DNA of 64,000 bases from Octopus vulgaris (GCA_951406725.2 OX597815.1:73718001-73782000), one strand, 5' to 3'; shown: positions 40,042 through 51,709, numbered from the stretch's first letter. Program-made: numbers and translations. The notes: generated by a model not told the origin, from the sequence alone.

Positions 40042-41764
40042 TTGTTAATTTTTTATGGAAATGTCGAAAGAAGGTGAGGAATTGTGTAATGAAATCATTT
40101 TGAACTATGGTGCATCATCAGTCATATTTTGTGCACACTAATAATACAAAAGTTTTTTTCATATCTTAATCCTTTCTAATATAGATACAAGGCTTGAAAT
40201 GTGGGGGGAGGGGACTATTCGATCACATCGACCCCAATGTTTCACTGGTACTTAATTTATCGATCCCGAAAAGATGAAAGGCAAAGTCGACCTCGGCGTA
40301 ATTTGAACTCAGAACATAGCGACGGACGATATACCGCTAAGCATTTCGTTCAGAGTGCTAACAATTCTGCCGGGTCGCCGCATTTATCATATCTTAATCC
40401 CGATAAAGGGTTTTATGAAAATGTGCGAGAAATGTAAGCATTGTAGTATTTGTTTATATATTTGATTTATAACCAAATTCAAAACCCTTTTAAACACCGA
40501 GCAGTCCTCATTGCACCCGCTTGACATTTGTTGCCTTTTTGTATGCTCACAATGTCTTTCCATCAAGGGAACCTATCCCTCATGTTAAGAACCACCGAGT
40601 AGACTAAAGGTGGTACACTATATATATATATGTAGCGAATTTTGCATGCATGAAGTGGATTCGATCCACTATAGCCAAATTTAAACTAACACTGCTACAG
40701 AACTTTCCCCACGGTGGAACAATGTTTTTTCTCTGACAGCAGTTTTTACATTTTCCAGATGCCTTTTAGCGAGGCCAAAATAATGTTTTCACCACTTGAC
40801 CCTTTCTAACCTCTTCTACTTCACCAAAAGCTAGAATAGATAACAAGACCACCAACTAAATATGTTGTTCTCAATGATATATCTATCCTTCTGGATCTTT
40901 ATATAAGCAAACACATCCCAAGCGAAAATCAGTTAGTCACCAACCGGTGACAACTCAACGAGGTCTGGCTGACCAACCTTGGTCAGAGGGAGAAAGCAAC
41001 TGTGAGACAAAATCCTACCATTCTCTCTAGCTCTAATTCTGTCCTCTTACAACAACATTCTATCGCTATCTGTCGATTACTACTAACTATACGTATGCGT
41101 AAAACTATGTAAAGAAAACATTCTACCGCAGCAAACTTTACTTTCGCATGCATTTGGATGTATCAAAACCTGCCCGTCGAGGCAAGGTATATGTAACGTA
41201 GCGGTAAATAAAAACTTTCTTAAAACTTTATACATTGTGCATCTTTCTCATCCTACAACATGCAATTATAACCACAAATTATTATCGTTACCACTGCTGA
41301 CCACAACATATCATAATGTGTACCAAATCATAATAACAAATTATTTCTCCCGTTACAAATAAAATTTCTACCGTTACAATTTTTGCCGTTACACACACAA
41401 ACACACATATTTATATAAGCACGCCGGGCGAAATACTTAGCGGTATTTTGTCTGCTGCTACGTTCTGAGTTGAAATTCCGCTGAGGTCGATTTTCGGAGT
41501 CGATAAATTAAGTACCAGTTACGCACTGGGGTTGATATAATCGACTTTATCCGTTTGTCTGTCCTCTCTGTGTTTAGCCCCCTGTGGGTAGTAAAGAAAT
41601 AGGTATTTTGTCTGCCGTTACGTTCTGAGTTCAAATTCCACTGAGGCCGACTTTACCTTTCATCCTTTCGTGGTCGATAACTTAAGTACCAGTTGCATCT
41701 GATCGACTATCCTCCTCCCCAAAATTTCGAGCCTTGTGCTGAGAGTAGAAAAGAATATATATAT

Positions 41765-42545
41765 ATATATATATAATATAAATAATATATAAATATATGC
41801 ATATAGACATACATATATGTACATACCTACATATATATGTTTATATATATGCATATATGGGTACAGGACATAAAAAAAAACGTTGAACACAATGAAAAAC
41901 GCAAACATAAAAGCAAAAACATAGAAACGAACTTTTTTTCAAACAACGAAAAAAAACCCAGAGAAACGAGACATACAACATATGAATTATTCTGAACGCT
42001 TCTCTCTCACTCCTCCTCCTCGAGTCTCTCATTGCTAACACGTGATGAGCGGGAAGCCATCATTCTGACTACAACCTTCACAAAGACTAAACGGTCATAT
42101 CCTCTCTCTTCATAAGCTCGTCTCCTTGAACGTTCAGAATAATTTTTCCATCGTCTTGACTTAACAACCCTCATCGTTTCTTTTTACTGTTTTGTTCTTT
42201 TTTATTGTTTTTACTGTTTTGTTCTCAATTAAATTTTATTTAATTTGCTTTGCGGGATGGATTGTTTCAACGAAGTCGCGTCTTGTCCTTACCTTCGGAT
42301 TGCGAAGTAGATGAAACAGGGACAAATGAAGAAGGGGAATATTCTATATGTTGTATGTCTCGTTTCTCTGTTTGTTCTTCGTTGTTTGAAAAAAGTTCGT
42401 TTCTATGTTTTTGTTTTTATGTTTTCGTTTCTCATTGTGTTCAACGTTCTTTTAATGTCCTGTACCCATATATGCATGTATATTTACATATATACGTAGG
42501 TATGTATATATATGCATGTATTTATATATTATTTATATTATTATA
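41765..42545. repeat. Inverted repeat (~41765-41982 and ~42345-42545), Penelope-like terminal structure
   Basis: GGGTACAGGACAT..AACGTTGAACACAATGA..AGAGAAACGAGACATACAACATA and its reverse complement. Confidence 0.8.
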
Positions 42546-42864
42546 TGATCGAACGCCACGCATCCTTTTCCAAGTAAGCTTTATATATATATATATATAT
42601 ATATATTATGTCTGATTTGAATTTAAATGTGAGTGTGCATATATTTTCCTGTAGGTTAGTTTTGGAATTAGAAGCCCAATATGTAGAATAACTGTGTTTG
42701 TTAATATATATTGATATATTTTGTTTTGTTTATTTTGTATTATTGTATTAATGAGTATATATATATGTGTAGTATTATGAGTGTCTATGCACACGTTTTT
42801 ATATTTTATATATTTATATTTATATGTATAAAAAAATTTTTTTCGCACTTATAATAAATTAAAT

Positions 42865-42975
42865 TCTCTGAAGAGGCCGTGGGACATCCTTGTTAATGTC
42901 TCATTTATACCTGCCTTATATGGCTTATAGGTTAAATGAGGCATACTTGTCCTTACGGCCGAAACAGCTGTCAGA
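42865..42975 (+). ncRNA. Hammerhead ribozyme motif with extended stem II
   Basis: TCT-CTGAAGA-GGCCGT..GGACA...TGTCC..ACGGCC-GAAAC-AGCT-GTC-AGA, with an inner hairpin TGTCTCATTTA/TAAATGAGGCA; stem I is short. Confidence 0.6.
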
Positions 42976-43158
42976 TATGATATAATTATATATTATATTT
43001 TATATTTTATATTTCTATTTCCTTGTCTAATTATATTTACAATATATTTTGTATAATGCCTTTGCTGTTATGTAATGGTGTAATAAAGTATTGATTGGGT
43101 ATCATCTGATGGTTGATGTTTGATTGATTTAAGTATGTTTCTCCATTTTCTAATTTTG

Positions 43159-43226
<68 letters not shown>

Positions 43227-43466
43227 ATTTAGGGTAAAAATTGATATTTATCAATTAGAACCAGTGGTCTAGCATATTAAAGAAAGAATCCGAAGATTAA
43301 AATATTTATATATACCAATTAAGGACTGCACACGAAAAGTGGACAGTCAACATGCTAGATATAGACGTCAAATCGCCATTCTCCACAAAAAAGTTCATGT
43401 TCTCAGATCAAACTCAACAAAACCAAAGCAATAAACAAGTGAAAAATATACGAAATAAATATTTAC

Positions 43467-43531
43467 CCATGTACTAAATTTAGTTTCAGCTGTTATTTTC
43501 CGCAAGGAAAAGTGCAGCATCATCAGCATGG
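43467..43531 (-). ncRNA. Type I hammerhead ribozyme motif
   Basis: Minus strand reads CCATG-CTGATGA-tGCTGcacTTTTCCttgcGGAAAAtaaCAGCt-GAAAC-taaattta-GTA-CATGG: intact core, stems I-III, palindromic stem III. Confidence 0.8.
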
Positions 43532-43614
43532 TCCCATATAAAATGTAATTTGCTGGACTAAATGCCAACACGACACCAAAATATCGCGTGCAGTAAAGTA
43601 AAGACAGTTAATTG

Positions 43615-43665
<51 letters not shown>

Positions 43666-44304
43666 TGAAAAAATAGGATAAAATCTTTATAAGAATTTAT
43701 CAAATAGTTAACGTGAAAAACCTTATAAGGGAAAAATCCATCAATTATTCCTCTTAAATATATTTATTTATATTAAGGACCTTACTATACATAAATGCCC
43801 TTTATATATATATGTGTGTGTGTGTGTGTGGTTAATCTCAGTTGGCACACCAGACTAACAATATTACTTAGATTAGTGAAGAACTCAAGTAATCTTTTGG
43901 TAGGGTCCCAAGTTATGGTTCATCACAATTCTATATTGTAAATCCGTGTACAGGCTCCAGATAAACTGGTTTTTACACAGATATATATATAAAAAAAAAT
44001 CAAGTTTAAAATAATGGTCATTACATTTGGCTTACAGCTGTTTCCAGTAGTCATTATAGGTACATTACTGATAGGTTTATTCAATTGGTCTATTGATCAA
44101 TTGAGGCAAATTGAACGACCTAAGAAAGTTAATACTACTTCCTTCATAGCCAGTTTTGGATATTCAGAAATGGCTATGAGTAAACTCATCAGTAATGTAC
44201 CTATAATGATTACTGCAAACAGCTGTAAGCCAAATTTGCGCGAATAAAAGAATTATATGTAATGACCATTATTTTTAACTTGTTTCTTATATATATATAC
44301 ATAC

Positions 44305-44357
<53 letters not shown>

Positions 44358-44764
44358 AGAATATATATGTAAGAATATGAGTGTGTATGCACACATATTT
44401 ATATTTATATGTAAATTTTTTTCATACTTGCATTAAATTCTCTGAAAAGGCCCTGAGATATTCTTGTTAATGTCTCATTTATCCCTGCTTTATATGGCTA
44501 ATAGGTTAAATGGGACATACCTGTCTTCACGGCCGAAACAGCAGTCAGCTACAATGTAAATGTATTTCTATTTCTATGTCTTGTTATATTTGTACTATAT
44601 TAATGTATAATATCATTGCTATTGTGTAATGGTTTAATAAAGTATTGATTGGGTATTATCTGATGGTTGATGATTGATTTAGATATATTTCTCCATTTTC
44701 TCATTTTGTATATATATATATATATATAGGTGAGAGAGAGAGAGAGAGAGAGAATGATGCAAAT

Positions 44765-45335
44765 AAAAACAAATAAAATTTACGTAAATATACGTATATG
44801 TATACATGTAAATGGTGAGAAAGCAAAAACTGAATATTTATTCTCAGACGATGATTATTCAAGTATAAATATATAGATATTTATAAATTAACTGAACAAA
44901 CTTACACAGATTGCAAAAATAGAAAATTAAAAGGGAGTATGTATGGTGTTACAAGTCCAACAGCTGTTTCTGGCGACACGGAGTTATTTCATTATGTTGG
45001 CAGATGTAGTTCACAAAAATATGCAACCAGTAATGGAAGCATATAAACATTGGGTAGATCCGATTTCCGTCTTCAGGGTGGAGAGATAAATATCTAACCA
45101 TTACTGGTTGCATATTTTTGTGAACTATACCTGCCAACACTATGAAGTAATTCTGAGTCCCATGAAACAGCTGTTGGACTTGTAACACCATACATTCCCC
45201 GCTTTAATTTTGTGTCTTTGTACGCTGAGTAAGTTTGCTCTGTTAATGTATAAATATCTTTATATTTATACTTAAATGTGCATCGTCTGAAATTTCCGGT
45301 CTTTGCTTTCTCTCTATTTACATGAATACATGTAT
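44765..45335. repeat. Inverted-repeat element with hammerhead-like remnant
   Basis: ~44765-45035 pairs with ~45098-45335; GAAACAGCTGTT in both arms and CTGAAGA on the minus strand in the loop. Confidence 0.7.
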
Positions 45336-46035
45336 ATATATATCTTGTATATCAAACCCCCAAATTATTATTATTTTAAAGTTGTAAATTCTTTATTAGA
45401 ACGTCACTAAACTTTTTGGAAGAAGTTTCATGTGAGCGCTTCGATTGTTTTTCCAACTCATCTCACCCAAAATTTCATTCTTTGTAGGTGTAGGTTAGTA
45501 CTTATCATCGACCGCAGTACTTGACTAGTAGTTTGTTTTATCGATCTTGGTGGGATGAAAGGCAAATATTAACTCGGTGGGATTTGAACTCAGAACGTAC
45601 ATAATCGGAATAAATACCGATACCGTAAAACATGTGTCCTAAAGATTCCGCTAATCCACCGCCCTAATGGATAATTATACCATATTTACCCGTGAAAAAG
45701 GCGAAATATTTTATAACTGATTTTAACTGAAAAAAACTGAGGTGTGATGTATACACGGGACAAAACCGCAAGATTTGAAACACTAAATTAGGGGTGCAAC
45801 TTATACACAAATTAATCCGATAACTGTTTCTAGTTTGGACACAAGGCCAACACTTTTTGAGACCAGTACTTGACTATACTTTATTTCATCGAGCCCAGAT
45901 TGGTAAAATAAAAAAAAATAGTAAGTTGATGCGGAATTTGAACTCAGAACGTAACGACGGGCGAAATACCTATTTCTTTACTACCCACAAGGGCAAGGGC
46001 TCGGGAACAGGGGGTGCACCAGCACCCTTTGGAAT

Positions 46036-46375
46036 TTTCCATGTTGACATGGGTCAGATAAGACATTGCTAGTCATCTACATTGGTCTGAGGAGGGAAGG
46101 GACAATATTATCTTGTTCATATGTTTTGTTTTTGGTTTGGTTTTTATAACTGGAAACCAAGCACATTAAAAAAAAAGCAGCTGAGCAAAACCTGTCAGTT
46201 TTAAAGTGCTGCTCTGTGTATTTACAATGAATTGCTTCCTTACTACATGGTTTCAAGTTCAGTCCCACTGTATGGCACCTAGGTTAGGTGTTTTCTCTTA
46301 CGGCCCTGGGTTCACCAAAATCTTGTGACAGGATTTGGTGGATGAAAACTGAAAGAGAGCTACTTTATACTTTTA
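46036..46375 (+). repeat. Copy 1 of a ~340-bp direct duplication (copy 2 at 51363-51709)
   Basis: Near-identical by eye apart from a few substitutions and poly-A length. Confidence 0.95.
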
Positions 46376-46409
46376 GTAGCAAACTCTAAAACAAGGGACG
46401 CAATTCAAT

Positions 46410-46462
46410 CGCTAGATGGCACTAGTCAGTAAAACAAGGAGCAGGTAACTCAGTAGCACGTG
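46410..46462 (+). promoter_or_regulatory. Candidate WDR18 proximal elements: CTCF-like CGCTAGATGGCACT (46410-46423) and E-box CACGTG (46457-46462)
   Basis: Motif matches within 70 bp of the ATG; short motifs, no functional data. Confidence 0.35.
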
Positions 46463-46478
46463 TAGAACGAAATAAAAA

Positions 46479-47828
46479 ATGTCGGTTCTCCGCTGTTCGG
46501 AAGTTATTATATCGAGTGATTTGGGTAGTAAAAGCTCCGAATGCAAGCAGAAAGGAAGTATTTGTGTATTAGATATCAACACATGCACGGCTTTAGCATG
46601 TTTCAGAGATGATCTCGGTCCAATAGCTAACGGATTGTGTTTGATAAAAAAGAATTATCTTTTGTCGGCCTCTGAAAATGTGCTTTGCGTATGGAATATC
46701 ACCAACTCCTCGTCTCCAGCTATAAAGATGGAAGTTCCTAAAAATATTTCTTCATTGGCAGTTTCTCCAGACGGTTTATATTGTGTTGCAGGAATCCAAG
46801 AAAAACTTTACGTATGGTGCGTATTAACTGGTCAACTTCTGTCTGTCATTCAAAAACATTTTCAAAACATCGTGTGTATTAAGTTTGCTGATAACTTAAC
46901 TTTTTTAACTGGTGGAGAAGACAATCAGATTATTGCCTGGTCCTTGGTCGATATTTTTAATGCTATGGACAACAAAAACAATAAAAATTCTACGCCGGAG
47001 CCATTGTTTATATGGCACGACCACACACTTCCTATAACTGATTTATATGTTGGCGCCGGTGGAATACGAGCTCGCATTGTCTCCTCTTCCCTCGATCGAA
47101 CATGTAAATTTTGGGATCTTGCCACTGGCCGGCTTTTGTGTAGTTTTATGTTTTCCGAAAGTCTTTTGTCTGTTACTATGAACATGGCTGAAAATCGCCT
47201 TTATGCCGGTGGTAGCAGTGGTAAAATTTACGTTGTAGATCTGTCACAAGGCTCAGCCAATACAACGGATGATACTATGAGTGGAGGATCGGATAAAACT
47301 AAATTCTATTTTCTTGGTCACAGCAAACATGTCAATTGTCTATCAGTGTCTATGGACGGTAGTTTGTTGGCGTCTGGTTCCGATGATTGCACCGTGAAGG
47401 TGTGGGACACAACTAATGGTCGATGTTTGAAAACACTGATGCACAAATCGGCAGTCACTAATGCTTTTATCGCTCCCGTCTATCGCTCTGTTTTCGAAAC
47501 CAAGTCCAAAGAAACTTTCCCCATCCATAAATTTCAAACAGAAATGTTGAACAAAAAAGAAAAAATCTCATCTGTCCTTTTTCAAAATTTCCTGCAAGAG
47601 ACCAATGTGTGTGGTCAGTCATATCCATTCCAGTCAGATGTTTTTGCTACAATTTTGGCCGGTGAACTCGACAGCCACATTATCCCAAGCGATTCAGTCG
47701 CAGAAGACGAAGAACAGAGTGCGCGCGAAAGAACTGAGACTATAGCTAAATTGAGGAAAGAAATTGATCTGATTAAAACTGAGAATGAAAAACTTTTTAC
47801 TTTTTCAGTTAGTCAGGTTTTGAAATAA
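46479..47828 (+). CDS. WDR18: WD repeat-containing protein 18 (Ipi3 orthologue, Rix1/PELP1 complex), single exon, 449 aa
   Basis: WD40 repeats with WDR18-typical segments (LYVWCVLTGQLL...HFQ, FLTGGED, WHDHTLPITDLYVGAGGIRARIVSSSLDRTCKFWDL, VSMDGSLLASGSDD) and a C-terminal coiled coil; AATAAA at 47885. Confidence 0.9.
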   Translation: MSVLRCSEVIISSDLGSKSSECKQKGSICVLDINTCTALACFRDDLGPIANGLCLIKKNYLLSASENVLCVWNITNSSSPAIKMEVPKNISSLAVSPDGLYCVAGIQEKLYVWCVLTGQLLSVIQKHFQNIVCIKFADNLTFLTGGEDNQIIAWSLVDIFNAMDNKNNKNSTPEPLFIWHDHTLPITDLYVGAGGIRARIVSSSLDRTCKFWDLATGRLLCSFMFSESLLSVTMNMAENRLYAGGSSGKIYVVDLSQGSANTTDDTMSGGSDKTKFYFLGHSKHVNCLSVSMDGSLLASGSDDCTVKVWDTTNGRCLKTLMHKSAVTNAFIAPVYRSVFETKSKETFPIHKFQTEMLNKKEKISSVLFQNFLQETNVCGQSYPFQSDVFATILAGELDSHIIPSDSVAEDEEQSARERTETIAKLRKEIDLIKTENEKLFTFSVSQVLK

Positions 47829-47884
47829 CATTTCCATCGTTTCATTTTCAGAAAATTTGTATAAAACACACACATCAAATATAT

Positions 47885-47890
47885 AATAAA
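47885..47890 (+). terminator. Putative polyadenylation signal of WDR18
   Basis: AATAAA 57 nt after the stop, followed by GT/T-rich sequence. Confidence 0.55.
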
Positions 47891-48141
47891 TCATTCAGAA
47901 CCAGTGTGTAAATTATTTTTTCAATTACCTGAATTTAGTTTTCTTCAGTAATGTCTTTTGTTTACGTTGTTTTGTAGTCTATTGAGGCATTTTATTTTGG
48001 TGAAGAACTTGGTGAGCATGAGGATAGTTTACGGGACAGCATCATGACTGGTTGCTTTTTTTCTTTTATTTTTTTGTAAGTCCCAAGCAAGATGGAGAAA
48101 TTAGTTACAATTGTTTCAGTATTACTCTGTTTTTAAAACTA

Positions 48142-49430
48142 CGAGGGACGTTCAATAAGTAATGCCTCTGACCCACTTGCAGTTGTTTGATCTAGCTGAA
48201 ATTTTGCACGTGCAATCATTTATATCTCTATAGAGTAAGTGGCAAATTACAGCTCTGAATTAATTGTAGTTTCTGATTTACAGGTGTTTGAACCGAGTCA
48301 AGTGTGAAATGGAGCCTGTTGAATGTCGAGCAGTGATCCGGTTTTGTATTTGAAAGGACGCACACCACGGGAGACTTTTGATGAAATGAAAGTAACTTCT
48401 GGTGATGATGCCCCATCATATGACCTTGTAAAACGGTGGCATCGTGAATTCAAACATGGTCAGAACTCTGTGGAAACAGCTCCCAGATCTGGTCGCGCCC
48501 TTCTGCCATTGATGAGGCATCTGTCCGTCAAGTTGAGGCTGCCATTTTGGAAGATCGACACATAATTATTCGCCAAATAGCCCATGAGGTCAAGATTAGT
48601 ACCGGGTTGTGGAAACTATCATTCATGACCATTTGCATATGCAAAAGGTGTCTGCCAGATGGATTCCCAGGTTGCTCACGCCTTTCCAGAAGCAAGAACG
48701 CGTCGAGTGCTCGAGGGTGAATTTGGAGATGTGCCAAGAAGATGAGTCAAAATTTTTCAAAAGACTGATTACACAGGATGAAACCTGGGTCCATCACGAT
48801 GATCCAGAGACCAAAGCCCAGTCAATGCAGTGGAAGCACCGTGACTCACCCCCTCCAAAGAAGGCAAGGGTGCAGCCCTCCACTGGCAAGGTCATGCTCA
48901 CAGTCTTCTGGGACCAGGACGGAGTAGTGATGACAGATTTCCTGGCAAAGGGTACCACAATTGCAGGAGCCTATTATGCTTCACTTTTGAGGAAATTAAG
49001 AGAAGCTATCAAAATCAAGAGGCGGGGCAAGATCAGCAAAGGCATCCTCCTCCTGCAGGACAACGCTCCGGTCCACAACTCGCGTGTCACCAGATCAGAA
49101 GCACAGGCGTATGGCTATGAACTCCTCCCCATCCCCCCTACTTTCCTGACCTTGCACCCACTGATTTTCACCTCTTCCCAATCATGAAGTTGTTTTTGAA
49201 AGGAAAGCGTTTCCCAGATGATGCAGCCTTGATTTCTGAAGTCACGTTGAGGTTGGAGGACCAAGCTGGGTTCTTCTACAAAAACGGTCTCCAGAGCCGC
49301 ATCAAACGATGGGAGAAATGCGTAACTCTGGGTGGTTCCTTTGTAGAAAAAGACTAATAACTGTGCCAAGTTTCGTTGCTCTACTGCTATGGGAAGTGGG
49401 TCAGGGGCATTACTTATTGAACGCCCCTCG
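48142..49430 (+). mobile_element. Mariner transposon (irritans/Hsmar2-like), full length, frameshifted
   Basis: TIRs CGAGGGACGTTCAATAAGTAATGCC / GGCATTACTTATTGAACGCCCCTCG, TA TSD; VSARWIPRLL, ITQDETWVHH, LQDNAPVH motifs. Confidence 0.95.
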
Positions 49431-51362
49431 TATTGCATTCAAAAGTTGCATGTAAAAAGTAATATTTTGTGGTTTTATGGCACTCCAGTTGAAGAGTAGA
49501 GATAACCTCAAGCTCAGGTTGAATGCTGCTTTGGAAATACTTTGTTTTTTTTACCCTTTCAGGACCATAGTATATATGTATATATATCCCCTTGGAATGA
49601 GCATGGATATTGCAATCTCTTATTTCCTAATTTTTAGCATTAAGCGCCTTTGTGCCTAATCAAAAACGAACCAATATTGTACAATATTTTTGGATCAACT
49701 ATATATATATATGCCAGTTTCTTGTAAAAAAATCTTTTGATCTTGTATTCAAGGACTGCTATATCCATCCATGCTACTTATATTCACCTTGTAACCTGAG
49801 GGTGCACCCTGACACCTCTCCACCACCATTTTCTTTTTTTCCAGTTGCAGTAACAATATATCTCCTCTACTGCAAGATAGCTGCTGTTCCTGTCCTTTTG
49901 TCATGCTTTAGTCTCTTGTTACCTGGCTTAAAGCCACTTCCCTTAATACTGTTTTCTCTTAGTTACTTGGTGATCTCTCCAGTGCTGGTACCACATAAAA
50001 ACCATTCAATACATTGTAAAGTGGTTTGCATTTGGAAAGGCATCTAGCCATAAACACCATGCCAAAGCAAACTTTGGAGTTTTGTGTAGTTTTTTTAGCT
50101 TGTGAGCTTCTGTTGAACTGTCCAACTCAGCATGGAAAACAGTTGTTAAATAATGATGATGATGACATGATACACTCAATATCTCTTCATTATTACTAAC
50201 AGGAGTTGATAATAGCACATCCTCAAAATTAGTGGCTTGTTGGGTTACAACTAAAGACTTTGTTTCTCTAGCACAAGTCAGTCTCATGTAATTGAATCAT
50301 TTGAAAGCTGTTCACTTAAGACTAAGTCACTCAGCCCAGCAACTTAGGTGGTTGAACAGGAGAATTAATACCACTATAAAGGGGAGTGGGGTGGATTGGT
50401 AGTAGTGTGAAGAGTTGAAGGTAAAATACATTGCTGTATGCTTTCTAGCTCAGAATTGCCTTTCATCTTTTCAGGGTTAATAAAGTGCAGCATATTGGCA
50501 GAATTTTTAAAATGTCAGATGAGATACCTCATGGTATTTGTTCCGACTCGTTCCATTCCAACCGTCTCTCTGTCATGGTCTTTTTGCTATCTTTGAGAGG
50601 TTCATCTATGGCCAAGTTCCAACCCGGGCTGCACCAACAAAGTCCACCCACCACACTCTTCAGTCTAACATCATCACCTCGATGTCCTGGATATATTCCA
50701 GGCCAGTGTCTGCGATCAAGTTGCCAATGTATGGCAAGGTTTTCCTCTCCTCACATCACCATGAAGTAGGTTCTACAAGACTAATTTGGATGTTTCCAGT
50801 TCAGGCAAATCAAAATGAAGCTGATTAGACTTCACCACTGTTTTGCACATCTTCATTTTCCATCATTTTCACTTTCATCCAGCTAATCTCAGTCTTCATA
50901 TGCATCACATGTCGTCCTTACCAGCAAAATCTCTTCTATACAGTACTATTAAAGTGTTTAAAACAGAAATTTTGCTGAACTAGTCAGTGGATTTTACAGA
51001 CTGGATATACAAACATCAAAGAGCCAGCAATCATTCATAGATAAGTATGGCTGGGTATCATACCATCATCATCATTTAACATTCATTGTCCATGCTGACA
51101 GTTTGGTCAGGGTTGGCAAGCTGGAAGGCTGCACCAGCATTTACTAATTGTTTTAAATGTCTAAGTAGTCATGAGTAAATGTATAATAGATATTGTTTTG
51201 ATTCTCTCATCTAATGAAACATTCAAGATATGACAACTGAGTGAAGAGAGAACTGCACCAGCATTTGCCTGTTGCATATTTTCATGTGAGTAAAAATGCA
51301 TCACAGAGTAAATCCAATAAGAAAATATCAGGACATTATCATCGTTGTCATTTTACATCTGC

Positions 51363-51709
51363 TTTCCATGTTGACATGGGTCAGATAAGTCATTGCTAGT
51401 CATCTACATTGGTCTGAGGAGGGAAGGGACAATATTATCTTGTTCATGTTTTGTTTTTGGTTTGGTTTCTATAACTGGAAACCAAGCACATTAAAAAAAA
51501 AAAAAAACAAGCAGCTGAGCAAAACCTGTCAGTTTTAAAGTGCTGCTCTGTGTATTTACAATGAATTGCTTCCTTACTACATGGTTTCAAGTTCAGTCCC
51601 ACTGTATGGCACCTAGGTTAAGTGTTTTCTCTTATGGCCCTGGGTTCACCAAAATCTTGTGACAGGATTTGGTGGATGAAAACTGAAAGAGGGCTACTTT
51701 ATACTTTTA
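51363..51709 (+). repeat. Copy 2 of the ~340-bp direct duplication
   Basis: Matches 46036-46375; continues into native SINE sequence on both sides. Confidence 0.95.

Noticed and set aside
48609-49187. Mariner ORF as a domesticated SETMAR-like gene
   Set aside because: Frameshifted on both sides, bounded by TIRs and TA TSD, with no SET domain or splice evidence.
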